Shown one piece after another: positions 40,500-53,528 of a DNA stretch of 64,000 bases (the stretch's first letter is position 1; each line of letters opens with the position of its first letter). Source of the stretch: Octopus sinensis (Eukaryota); NCBI RefSeq assembly GCF_006345805.1, contig NC_043020.1:25048001-25112000 (forward strand), read 5' to 3'. The position numbers were made by a program, and so were the translations under genes. The notes under the pieces were generated by a model that saw nothing but the letters and a program-made list of their open reading frames with translations, was not told the DNA's origin and did not search any database.

Positions 40500-40883
40500 A
40501 TATTAAGTGGATGTAAACACATGAACAAAATAAGAATAAACAAAAACAAAAACAAATTACACGAACGTATATAAACAGAAGATACAAATATCCCCCCCCA
40601 CACACACACTAACTAAACATAGACGAACATAGAGATATACGCATGCGCAAATGAAGACACATACAATAGAAATACAAAATGGCTGACGGTTAGTAAGGAG
40701 AGACACACAAATAAGAAAGAAGAAAGCAAAGGATCACTGATGCGGTCACAGGAGTGTGACGAAAGAACTCTGGCCGAAATAAGATTAAGATTAATGTAAA
40801 AAATAAATAACACTGAAGCAAAGTAACACCAAATATATAGTGCGTGTGCAAAACTGGCAAAATGACCATTCCGAAATACAACA

Positions 40884-40886
<3 letters not shown>
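40500..40886 (+). repeat. Second copy of the dispersed repeat at 8943-9358
   Basis: Near identity, including the HHR-like motif at 40731-40775. Confidence 0.85.
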
Positions 40887-40937
<51 letters not shown>

Positions 40938-41098
40938 TTATATTACGGAGATGTAATCCACGGAATTTTGTCAGTGAACAGGTCACAGTCTCAAAGCGAC
41001 GAAAATATTTTGGCAAATAAAATTTAAATGTTGAAGTGAATCTAACTGTTTTTGTGTGTTTCATAAATGTCTTATAAACACCTTCCACGCTGCAATAG

Positions 41099-41148
<50 letters not shown>

Positions 41149-41544
41149 TATATAAGTAGATAAATGGTACAACAAGGCACCAATATATATATATGCATGC
41201 ATATGTATATATAGATATTTATATATACATGCATATATATACCAACTAAATAAGACTGCTGGTTATATATATATACACATACACACACATACACACACAC
41301 TCACACACGCATTCAAGCACACACGCCAACACATAAATATTATCCATTATCTTAATTGATTTGGGATTTGTTGTCAATGTTTCTGGAAGATTCTACTTAA
41401 AAACGTGTTAAGTTGATCGAGGTGAATATAATGGCCATCCAATAAGAGTGGCTGCTTCCACAGTCGAAGGTGTTGTGCGCTAATATACTGCAGGTAACCA
41501 ATGCTGTTGTTGTCATCGTCGCTGTTGCTGCTATTGTTGTTGCC

Positions 41545-41612
41545 GTTGTTGATGATGATGATGATGATGATGACGATGATGATGATGATGACGACGACGA
41601 TGATGATGATGT

Positions 41613-41644
<32 letters not shown>

Positions 41645-41673
41645 TTGACGACGATGATGATGATGACGACGAC

Positions 41674-41714
<41 letters not shown>

Positions 41715-41735
41715 CGACGATGGTGAAGACGATGA

Positions 41736-41769
<34 letters not shown>

Positions 41770-41830
41770 GGTGGTGGTGGTGGTATTGGTGGTGTTGGTA
41801 GTGGTGGTGATGATGATGATGGTGATGAGG
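41545..41830. repeat. (GAT)n/(GAC)n/(GGT)n trinucleotide tract
   Basis: Direct reading; source of the poly-D/poly-M ORFs in the track. Confidence 0.95.
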
Positions 41831-41924
41831 ATGTCATCGTCGTTAATTTGGTTCTTGTCATAACTTCTTAATATCGTCTTAACACTTTGCATAATTTCCT
41901 ATTTTGAGTGTAACAAACCGCACG

Positions 41925-42145
41925 AAGGCCGTCAGCTGGTGGAATGGCTGGCACTTCGGGCAAAATGCTGACCGGTATTTCTTCCGATTTTCAGTTCTAA
42001 GTTCAAATTCCGCCAAGAACAACCAAGCTTTTCAACTTTTACACGCAGGTAAAATAAGTAACAGCTGAGCCTCGGGCAGCGGTTGATATAATCCACCTGC
42101 TCCTCTGCCAAAATTGCAGGCTTTGTGCCTCTATTAGAAAGGATT
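41925..42145 (-). mobile_element. SINE family A, degenerate
   Basis: Fragments of head, B-box and tail with internal rearrangement. Confidence 0.6.
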
Positions 42146-42217
42146 ATTATTTTTATTACTTTTATTATTATTATTATTATTATCATTATTATTGTTATTA
42201 TTATTATTATTATTATT

Positions 42218-42630
42218 GAGTGAGAGAGCAGTTCATGCCATCAAGGCGACACTGGGGTAAAATATACGAAGCCCAATATACCCATCATGACTACCCGTCT
42301 GATAAAGGTACACCAGGCACATGCATCACAACCATATGTGCGCGACATGGTGATATCATATCAAGATAAACAGCACATGACCTTGCAGGTGGGGCCCAGT
42401 TAGAATTTTCTTCAGGTTGAGTAGCCCATCCCGCTCAAACGGTCTCTGAATAAGGGTTGTTTAAGGATGTTGAAAGAACCACCCATGTTTCCAGAGGCGA
42501 ACTATTCAAACCCCAAAGAATCCCTCTCAACACATGGCTATGATGCTCCCCCACTACTTCTGCTTGTGATCAGAGATGCACATATCGTCAGCCACTAAGG
42601 GACATGCTCAACTGGTTAAGGTCAAACAAC
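42218..42630 (-). mobile_element. Unclassified ~410-bp non-coding element embedded in (TAA)n
   Basis: Complex GC-balanced sequence bounded by (ATT)n on both sides; minus strand ends ctctctcactc(AAT)n; no ORF, no tRNA head. Confidence 0.55.
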
Positions 42631-42692
<62 letters not shown>

Positions 42693-42693
<1 letters not shown>

Positions 42694-45554
42694 CTTTCCT
42701 TCTTTCTTCCGTTTCTCGCCGGGTGTTTTCCGTACACCTAGGGCAGAGAAGTTCATTGTATGTATTCCCAGATTACACATTCACAGGTAAAATATGTATT
42801 TAAAAAATTAATGAATAAATAAATTCATGAATGGATGTTGTTTTCACAGCGGTAATGCTCTTCTCAGTACATGATCCGTTCCACTCAACACGATTTTTTG
42901 CACTTCCCTGTAGGAATGGTAAGCCTGGTATCATTTTCAAATAGGTTTACTCTTTTACTCTTTTACTTGTTTCAGTCATTTGACTGCGGCCATGCTGGAG
43001 CACCGCATTTAGTCGATCAAATCGACCCCGGGACTTATTTTTGTAAGCCCAGTACTTATACTATCGGACTCTTTTGCCGAACCGCTAAGTAACGGGGGAC
43101 GTAAACACACCACCATCGGTTGTCAAGCAATGCTAGTGGGACAAACACAGACACACGAACACACACACACACATACATATATATGTATATATATATATAT
43201 ACATATATATGACAGGCTTCTTTCAGTTTCCGTCTACCAAATCCACTCACAAGGCATTGGTCGGCCCGGGGCTATAGCAGAAGACACTTGCCCAAGATGC
43301 CACGCAGTGGGACTGAAACCGGAACCATGTGGTTGGTTAGCAAGCTACTTACCACACAGCCACTCCTCAGTACCTTTTTTTATCATTCCTAGAGATCCCA
43401 CAATCACTGGTACTGTAGTTGCCCTGAGATGCCACATTTTTTCAATTTCCATTAACAAGTCCTTATATTTACTAATCTTGTCAAATTCTTTCGCCGCTAT
43501 ATTGTGATCGCAAGGAATACTCATGTCAATTAACAAACACATCCTTTTTGTCTGATCTTTTATGATAATATCCGGTTTATTAGCTTTTATAGTTCTGTCG
43601 GTATGTACGGGGAAGTCCCACAGAATCGATACATTTTCTCCCTCATTCACAACTTCAGGATGGTGTTTATACCATTTGTCAGCGATTTTGACTTTATAAT
43701 GCCGACATATTGTCCAGTGTAAATACTGGCCGACTCTGTCATGTCTTGCTTTATATTCTACAGGTACTAAGACTATACACCCTGAGATTAGGTGGTCTAT
43801 TGTTTCAATCTCATCGTTACAGAATCGGCATTTTGGGTCAGCTCCATTTTTTATCTCATTGGCTTGGTAGTTCCGGGTTAATAAGCATTGGTCTTGAGCA
43901 GCTAATATGAAACCTTCACTCTCCGCTTTTAGCCCTGAGCTTTTTAACCATTGGTGCGTGTGTTTCTGGTCGACATCAGCTCGTTTGCTACGGGCCACAT
44001 ACTTGCCATGCAGAGGATTCTGTTCCCATTTGCTAGCTAATTTTTCATACGCTTTTGTCTTTGCAATCAATTTTCTTTTCTTTGCAGCTGCAGTTGGCGC
44101 ATCTCCTTCAGCCTGATCAAACTGGTAGGTATCTAAGAGATCAGTAGCGAATTTTTTGCTCTCTTTCAGAATAGAGTGAAGCTTTTTTCGGTCTTTCATG
44201 TTTTTCAACAAGTTTTAGCATCCAGCCGTTGGTTGCTTCAAGGTATTTGGCCAGTCCGATTGTGGTAGTTTTGTACGTAAGTTCAATTTGGATCAAACCT
44301 CGTCCTCCCTGAGCTCTAGGAAGGTAAAGACGATCCACGTCTGCCTTTAGATGGTGCATCTTATTACAAATCAGTAGCTTGCGGTTTTTTCTGTCAATTT
44401 TCATTATTTCACTGGTATTCCAGTTAAGCACATTGAAGCTATAAAGAACAACTGGGACTGCTAAGGAATTTATGGCTAACACCTTATTATATGCATTCAG
44501 CTCAAACTTCAGGATTTCTCGAACTCTTCTATAACATTCCTTCCTAACCTTCTCTTTCATGCTTGCATGCTGAATACCAGAGCCTTCATTTATTCCTAGG
44601 TATTTATAGGTTTGTTCCTGCTCAAGTTCCTTTATTACTGTTTCGACATCTAATTCGATTGAACTTGACTTTACCAATTTCTCTTTCTTAAAAGTGGATT
44701 TGGCACACTTTTCAAGACCAAACTCCATTCCGATATCATCATTGAATCCTTTCAAAGTATGTAAGAGTCCGTCAAGCTCTTCATCATCTTTGCCATATAG
44801 TTTTAAGTCGTCCATATAAAATAGATGGCTTATTTTCCTGTTGTCAATTTTGTAGCCATACCCTGTTCTATTCAGTTCACTTGAGAGTGGTATTAGTGCT
44901 ATGCAGAAAATTAATGGTGGAAGTGAGTCACCTTGGAAAATTCCACAGTTTATACTAATATTGTTTGAGCGCAATACTCCATTAGAATGATATAATTGGA
45001 GCTTCGTGTTCCATAGTGACATATTATACTTTAAAAAATCGGAAATCACGGGAGAAATTTTGAAAATGTCCAGCGATTTCAGAATCCACGAATGTGGTAT
45101 GCTGTCAAAGGCTTTTTTGTAATCAGTTCATGAAGAGCTGAGGTTTCTGCACTTGTCATGGTAGTTCTCAAGGACCATGCGATTAATTAGGAGCTGATCT
45201 TTGCATCCGTATGAGCCTCGCCTTTTTGTTCAGTGGGAAAGAGGTTATTCTCTTCCATAAACGTATGTTTTCTCCGCTAGAATAGATGTCAAAATCTTAT
45301 CGGTAGTAGACAAACATGTTATAGGCCGGTAGATTTTTGGGTCTTTCGTTTCGTTATTTTTGGGGAGAAGGTAAGTAATACCATTTGCCATCCAATAGCG
45401 AGTTTTTTTCCGGGTCATTCATAATACTAATATTACTAACATTTTGTGTGCGGATGAGAGTGATGAGAGCCAGAAATTTGGTACAATACCAGGGGATCTC
45501 CACTTATGAGCCTTCGTTAGTGCCCTCCTTAGGTCGTCGATTGAGATGTCTTCC

Positions 45555-45555
<1 letters not shown>
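42693..45555 (-). mobile_element. R4/Dong-clade LINE copy 2, 5'-truncated, in (TAA)n, interrupted by a SINE
   Basis: ORF pieces 44141-45049 (HLFYMDDLKLY) and 43345-44211 (CCHC, REL); C-terminus YLKMIPGLP..VLRRAL resumes below 42946; (TAA)n at both ends. Confidence 0.93.
42947..43367 (-). mobile_element. tRNA-SINE family B, full length, nested in Dong copy 2
   Basis: Head GGAGTGGCTGTGTGGTAAG, B-box-like GGTTTCAGTCCC, internal (TA)/(TG) tract, (GAGTAAAA)n tail. Confidence 0.92.
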
Positions 45556-45607
<52 letters not shown>

Positions 45608-45636
45608 TATTATTATTATTATTATCATTGTTATTA

Positions 45637-45830
45637 TGGCGACGAGTTGGCAGAATCATTAGCATAAGCCTTTCGTCCGCCCCTACGTTCTAACTTAAAA
45701 TACCTCAACGCTCCAATTTGTCTTTTCGTCCTTTTCAGGTCGATAAATCAAGTACCCGTTGAGTGCTGGGGACAATATAATCGACTGGGCGCTCCTTCCA
45801 AATTTCAGGCCTGGTATCTAATAGGAGATA
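45637..45830 (+). mobile_element. SINE family A, degenerate
   Basis: ggcgacgagttggcagaatcattagc head; ggtcgataaatcaagtacc core. Confidence 0.75.
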
Positions 45831-46299
45831 GGATCTTATCAAACCTTATGCTACCTTTGTTGATATGCTAATGTATCTTGTTAAAGTGTCCACAGAATTC
45901 ATTTTTAAACTGACATCAAATACCCAGAAACTCGGGTCTTCTAGTTCTGTAAAAATTATTTCCACAATCTTTGTTTTAAAGGTCTTCATTGACAGATTTG
46001 TTACAACCGCCTATAGGAAGTCCGGGGGCACTTGTACCGTCACTTTACTCGCACTCACGCTCTCTACCCCCATCTCTCTCTATCTATTTCGCTTTCTTTC
46101 CCTCTCTTCCTCAGCCTCTGTTTTTGCTTGGAATAGGTTTTGATTCGGTCTGGAGAGAGATGGGTCCGACAGATGTGACAGAAAATATTCAAAACACAGC
46201 TTATAAAACGATGTTACCCCAATAATTCCACCAAGACAAGAGGACAAATACACATGCGCACACACACATACTTACATGCGTGTGTGCATTTGTATCAGT

Positions 46300-46354
<55 letters not shown>

Positions 46355-47092
46355 TATATATATGCATGCAATCATATATGCGTAGATAGATAGATAGATA
46401 GATAGACAACAGGCACACAGACAGATAGACAGAGAGTTTGCTATATGTACAGAGGGGGAAATGGCCCAGTTCTGGTAGGAACCCTTCGCAATCCTCTAAA
46501 GAAATAATGTCCATCTGCATGGAATCTTCTGATACCCCTAAACGGGAGATGAACTCTTTTGCAATTACGCGCGCGCACAATCACACATACAAGACATACA
46601 CACAAGAGATATACACACACTCACGCATACACACAGACACTCATACACAAAACACACACAAACAAAGCACATACACAATTACATGCATACATACACGCAC
46701 ATATACATAGTAGACACATACACACATACATATATACATACGCACATACATACATGCATATATACATACGCACATACATACATGCATATATACATACACA
46801 GATATATACATTCTTTCATACACATATACATAATACATACATATACATACATATATACATTCATAATACATACACGTATATATATATACATAATACATAC
46901 ATACATATATACATACATGCACAATACATACACACATACATACATACAGGCAGACATGCACACAGACAGACAGTTATTCATACATACCTATCTTCTGTTC
47001 AAACTATGCTTTTAGGCGACCTTCACACGAATAGTACACATTTACTACCATTCGCACAAACATACAACTTTATATATATATATATATATATA

Positions 47093-47166
<74 letters not shown>

Positions 47167-47212
47167 AGCACAAATATATGCGTAGAATGTATGCTAGTGT
47201 GTGTATATATGC

Positions 47213-47253
<41 letters not shown>

Positions 47254-47314
47254 TATATATGCATATACATATTTAAATCTATACGTATTATGTATATATG
47301 CATATGCATATATG

Positions 47315-47354
<40 letters not shown>

Positions 47355-47369
47355 CATGTATATATGGAT

Positions 47370-47429
<60 letters not shown>

Positions 47430-47859
47430 TTATGTATGCATATATCAGTGAGTACATATAGGCATGTATATATAAATTGTGTGTGTGTGTGTGTGTGTGC
47501 GTGTGTGTGTAATGAACAACAGCATCACGACTACACGATGTAAAATAATATAAATAACTATCAGAAGATATGTTTTGATAATAACAAACGAGGATAAAGT
47601 TGAAATTTTCATTAAATTTTCTTCGTTTGGAAGAATCCATTCTTGAATGAAAAAGGCAGAGGGGTGGGAGGTGGCACAGCAAGAGGTGGTGGTGGTGGAG
47701 GAGGAGAAGTGGAGGGGAATGGTAAGGGTTGAGGGTAGGTTGTTTCATCTTTACTATTATTGCTTTTTGTGTGGTTGTTAGTCTTAATGCATGTGTGTAT
47801 ACTCGCTTCTTGTACGCATGAGTATATGAATATAAGATATAGATATGTCTGTACATTTA

Positions 47860-47910
<51 letters not shown>

Positions 47911-47978
47911 TATATATTACATATATATATAGGTATATATATATGACGGGCATGGAATCGTCTAAGTACATTTACGGA

Positions 47979-48020
<42 letters not shown>

Positions 48021-48213
48021 TGTGTATATGCATATATATATATACATATTATATATACATATATATATATATGTTCTACTACTGTGTTATATATACATAA
48101 TATATATATTTCACCACATATATATGTTTTTGTATGTATAAATATATATATATGTGTTTGTGTGTGTGTGTGTGTGTGTGTTTCTGTGTGTCTTTGTATA
48201 TGTGTATTATATA

Positions 48214-48254
<41 letters not shown>

Positions 48255-48390
48255 TGTATGTATGTATATATATATAATATAGTATGTATATATATAATAT
48301 ATATATATAGATACACACATACAAACACAGGCATGAAGATATGCGTATGTACATATTCGAATTTCTAAACAAATATGCATGCGCGCGCAC

Positions 48391-48421
<31 letters not shown>

Positions 48422-48702
48422 CGTGTGAGGGTGTGTATACGTCTACACACTCACATCTACACTCCTACCTCGAGATAATATCTGTGTTCCACATCCTATT
48501 GTAATTGTTGTTGCTGTTGTTCTCGTTGTGTTGTTAAACTTGCAAAACAGTTATTAAAATTTTAATTTCAATCTTTAAAAAGAATCACCTTTTCTCGATT
48601 TCAACTTTAATTGTTTCATTTTAGTTTCAGTAGGTTTATTTGTACTTTCGTTTGGTTTTTCATTTTTCAATGGTTTCGTTCAACTTAATGCTGTTGTTGT
48701 TG

Positions 48703-48734
<32 letters not shown>

Positions 48735-50399
48735 GGTTGTAGTGGTAGTTGTAGTGGTGGTTGTAGTGGTGGTTGTAGTGGTGGTGGTAGTGGTGGTATC
48801 GGTGGTTGTCGTCGTCATTACCATCATTGTCATTGTAGTGTTGGTGGTAGAGGTGATGGTGGCGGCGTTGTTGTTGTTGGTGGTGGTTGTGGTAATGTTG
48901 TGGTAATGGTGGTGGTGGTAGACGTAGTTAGTTATGTTGATGATGATAATGGTTTTGATGGTGTTGGTGGTAGTTGTGGTGGTCACTGTCATCGTGGTGT
49001 TGGTGGTGAAACTGGTGGTGGTGGTGGTGCTGGTGGTGCTGGTGGTGGTGCTGGTGGTGGTGCTGGTGGTAGCATATCCTGGAATAGATTTTGGCATTGT
49101 GTTTACTGTTGGTGTTGAAACCCATTTCGGTTTCCTTTGATCTCTTCGGCCAAACCATTTATTTTCACTAGGAAAAACAAAAGAACCGCTAAGTAGCCAT
49201 GCAGAAACTGACTTGAAAATTTGCTAAATTTCTTTATAATAAACACCCGAGAGTCTTTTCTCGGGGGTGCTTTCCGTGGGGAAACAAAGTAATTATTAAT
49301 TTACTACACTACACTTAACAGGCTTCTGTATAGTTTCCGAATCACACCTTGCCCCGAACCGAGTCTACAATAAAAAAGACTTGCTCAAGATGTCACAGAA
49401 CGAGATCGAACACATAACACTATGATTGCAAAGCGAATATCTTAACTTTTCAACCATTGCTGCATACGTCTATGATCTTATTTAAATATGCGGTGAGGTA
49501 AAGACAATATTAAACATTTATTCACCGGCGTTTTGAAACGGTGAATATTTTGTTTAAAAGCGGGTGGCGAGAAATGTAGTCAACTGCCTCAGAGATGTTT
49601 AAAACTGTGTGGATAATTATGCTAGTAGCAGCCTCAATAAATGGGATACCACGTAATCATGTGACCGACCAAATTATCAGATGTTCTTATACATCGCTGA
49701 TCACAATGCGTTTTCCATTGTTTTAGCCTTTGAATGATGCCGCCGCGCTGGCTAGGTGAAAAGGCCACAATAATGGGACTTAATTTACAGAAATGAAGAT
49801 TTAAATAAAAATAGGGCACTACTAAGAAATTGGAATAAATATCAAACACAATGATAAAAATATGTTCACAGGTAGAGATACAATAGATGTATCAGTCTTG
49901 TTATTAGCTTTAGTTTTGCTTTGTGTGGGAAAGATTCCTCCACCGAGTTCGGTCACCTGCTACTCATGAACATCCATTTCAAGTAATGTTGACTGTCTTC
50001 AGATCATTTTCAAATATTGCTTACCTAATGATCTACAACCTACAGCTTTACACACACACGCGCACACATATGCACACTCACATTATTTGATTCTGTCTGA
50101 CGAATCTGGGATTTGAAATTTGTTTACATATTTATCCACCAAGTACAGCGTTGTGATTCCTATTAGCAAATGAAACATGTGTAACGGTGAATAAATAATA
50201 CCAAAACACATTTTCCCTCTTCTTCACTTGAGCTAGAATTACTCTGCAAGCATTATCTCCAGAATTTTCGACTCTAATAAGTACATCAATAGGACAACAA
50301 CAACAACAATTCTATATTTAAGAGATGTGGAATTCTGTACATTATTTACATTATTTATATTATATATGCCCACGTGCATATGGCGTAGTGGTTAAGAGC

Positions 50400-51720
50400 G
50401 CGGTCTACTAACCCCAAGATTTGTTGATGTTTGTTGCTGTAGCCATTTTGGCGCTGTTGTGGTGGTAATTGTGATGTTGATGTTGTGTGGAGGTGCTGGT
50501 GATTATCCTAATCTGATGATGGTGATTTAGGTGGTGGTGGTCATGTTGACATCGAGTGGGTGGGGAAGGTGAGGGAGTTACAGCATAAAGGTGATCGTTT
50601 GGCTATGAATGATGCTTGTGGTGTCGACGTGATTGCGGTGGTGCTGCTGACGGTGATGGTGGTGGTCCTTGTTTTGGTGGAGGTGGGGGTTTAGTCAGTT
50701 AGTGCTGGGGGCTGGAGGTGCTGATGGTGATGGTGAAGGAGGTAGGGATACATGGTGGAGATGGAGTATAAATTTTCCTGTTCTTTATATTGGTGGTGGT
50801 GGTGGTGATGATGATGGTTGAGATGGTGGCGGTGGTGGTGGTAGTGGTGGCGGTGGTGGTGATGATGGTTGAGATGGTGGTGGTGGTAGTGTCTGTCGGC
50901 GTGATGATGACGGTGATGGAATGGTGGTATTGTAAATGTTGCTCTTGATGCAGTTGATGCTTGTGAAGATGGCGGCAGTGCTGCTGCTGGCGGTGGTGGT
51001 AGTAGTGATGGTGGTAGTGGTGGTGCTAGTGCTGGTGCTGGTGGTGCTGGTACTGTAAATATTGTTGTTCTTGTTACTATTCCAGTTACTATAATTATTA
51101 TACATATCATTATGTCCGCCATGTTATTGCAGATGAAGTATTTCGAGATTTTGCGATATTTTGGAAAAAAAAAAAGAAAAAAAAAAAAAGAAAGAAAAAG
51201 TTATTTTTGATTCTATATCTTGTTTGTTGCTGTAGTTGCTGGCATCCGAGTTGTTGTCAGCTGCTGTTGTTCTTGTTTTTGTTACTGTCATCGTCATCGT
51301 CGTCGTTAAGTTTTGATGCCATTCGGTCTGATGCGGTTGGTTGTGTGGTTTCATATTTGTGTCTGTGAAGCACGACATAGGAGATGCAACGATGATGATG
51401 ATGGTGGTGGTGGTGGCGGCGGCGGCGGCGGCGGCGGGGCGGCGGCGGTGGTAGTGATAGTGGTGATAGTGGTGGTGGTGATGGTGGTGGTGGCGGCGGT
51501 GGCGGTTTTGGTGATTGTGGTGGTGGTGCTGGTGGTGGTGTCGACCACGATGATGATGATGATAACAAGGGTGACGGCGACCACGACGACAAGTATGATG
51601 AGAATAATGATGATATTGGTGGTAGTGATAATGGTTGTGCTGGTGGTGGTGGTGGTGGTGGTGATGGCGGCGTGGTTATAGCTGCAGTGCTTGTGGAAGT
51701 AGAAACAGCAGTCTCCGTTC
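50400..51720. repeat. Degenerate (GGT)/(GAT)/(GTT) trinucleotide region
   Basis: Direct reading. Confidence 0.85.
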
Positions 51721-52034
51721 CGAGAATAAGAATCTATTGGTATTTTTATCCTAATCATATTATATTGCTATAAGCATATGTGTTTCTGTGGGGATAAAGG
51801 TGTGTTTAGGCATCCATACGCACATATGCGGGTTGCAGGTGCTGCATGTACGGATATACTATCATATACACTCTCTGCATAAATTCAGTGTGTAAGAACA
51901 TATACGCACACACACACGCACGCATACACAAAAGCGCACTTATATAGATATGTGTGTGTATATATATATATACATATATAATATGTGTATATATGTATAT
52001 ATATGTACATATATATATGCACATATATATATAC

Positions 52035-52066
<32 letters not shown>

Positions 52067-52091
52067 GTATATATATGTATATATATGTGTG

Positions 52092-52148
<57 letters not shown>

Positions 52149-52216
52149 ATACATATACATATATATAATATATATGTGAGAAAGAAAGAGAGAGAGAGGG
52201 AAGTCTATTTGCTACT

Positions 52217-52539
52217 GTAAAGTGGCAGTCCTGATTAGGACGATGTTACACCCTTATTTTAGCCCCATTGAAAACATCTTTTCCAGCTGGCTATCGACAC
52301 ACAACTATATCCCTGTCCGAGATGTAAGGCCATCTCTAGCCATTGGTTATCCTGTGCTGATGAAGAGAAATAACCCAGAAACCATTGGTCCGTATGTTCC
52401 GTTTAAGGATGAGTGGGGTCATTAGCTCCCTTGTTCGAGATATATAGACGCAGATGTGCGCTGATAGCCAGCTGGAAAAGGTGTTTTCCTGAGGCTAAAA
52501 ATGGTAGTAACATCGTCCTAATCAGGACTGTCACTTTAC
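52217..52539. mobile_element. MITE with long imperfect TIRs
   Basis: GTAAAGTGGCAGTCCTGATTAGGACGATGTTAC ... GTAACATCGTCCTAATCAGGACTGTCACTTTAC; patchy complementarity extends ~90 bp; no TSD identified. Confidence 0.8.
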
Positions 52540-52689
52540 GTTGGCCAATCGACTTTACTCTGTAGCACTGTTACTACTTATCTCTCAGAGATTTCAAACT
52601 AATTGTTTTTCTCTTCACGATAATATATATATTATATATAATATATATATATTATATATATATATATATATAATATATATATATATATG

Positions 52690-52877
52690 TAGGTCCCGGG
52701 TTGAGTCGGGGTTAACCACAGTAAATAAAGTACTCAATACATAGCAGAGTAAATTTTTTATTTTATAGAAGGAGCTTCTACAGGACTAGAACTGTTTCAT
52801 TCAAAAGAAATCATCTCCTGATGATTTCTTTTGAATGAACAGTTCTAGTCCTGTAGAAGCTCCTTCTATAAAATAAA
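52690..52877. mobile_element. Probable PLE terminal remnant with 121-bp palindrome (52757-52877)
   Basis: Arms 52757-52815 and 52820-52877 with one indel; CTGATGA..GAA(A)C motif at the centre; flanked by (TA)n. Confidence 0.7.
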
Positions 52878-53528
52878 TATAATTATATATATATATATAG
52901 ATATATATAATATATAATATATATATATATGAGAACTTTTACTTGATGCTACCTTAATGGAACAGCAACCTATATATGTATATAAGTGTGTATGTGTCTA
53001 TGTATGCATGTATGTACTTATAAACATATGCATGTATGTATACTCCCATAAAAACAGGAACATGCAAGATAACTTGATTCCATCCTCCTTATAATCAACG
53101 TGTTTATGAATCTAGCATTAAATTTTCTTAATAACTTACAAAGATATTTCTTCCTGCATCATGTCTACATCAAAATTCTGAGAAGAATGTCTGTAAAAAT
53201 GCCACAACTTGCTATTCCTAACTTCGTATAACTGTTATCCGACTTGTGGCCGAGTGTGATCAGTCGGGTTCGATCAGTTCCCAGCTTTTATCTTAGTAAA
53301 AATCAACCACAAGTCTTCCATTTTTTTCTCTTTCAAAGCCAACTAGTAACGTTCCCTGCAGCATCGGATTTGGAATGTACACTCTGCCCCTCTTTGTTGC
53401 GCACAGCAGTAACCCCAAAGTCAACCAAATATACTTATGTACGTGTATGTAGATACATATATATACACATACATCATACATACATACATACATACATACA
53501 TACATTTATATATATATTAATATATATA

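Noticed and set aside
42520-42600. CTGACGA...GAAG motif on the minus strand of the TAA-embedded element
   Set aside because: It has GAAG instead of GAAA and no consistent stems I and III.
45865-46020. Possible host exon on the minus strand (AG acceptor then AVVTNLSMKTFKTKIVEIIFTELEDPSFW) and a second open patch at 46440-46565
   Set aside because: No recognisable homology, weak splice signals and no supporting neighbouring exons; it needs RNA-seq or BLAST.
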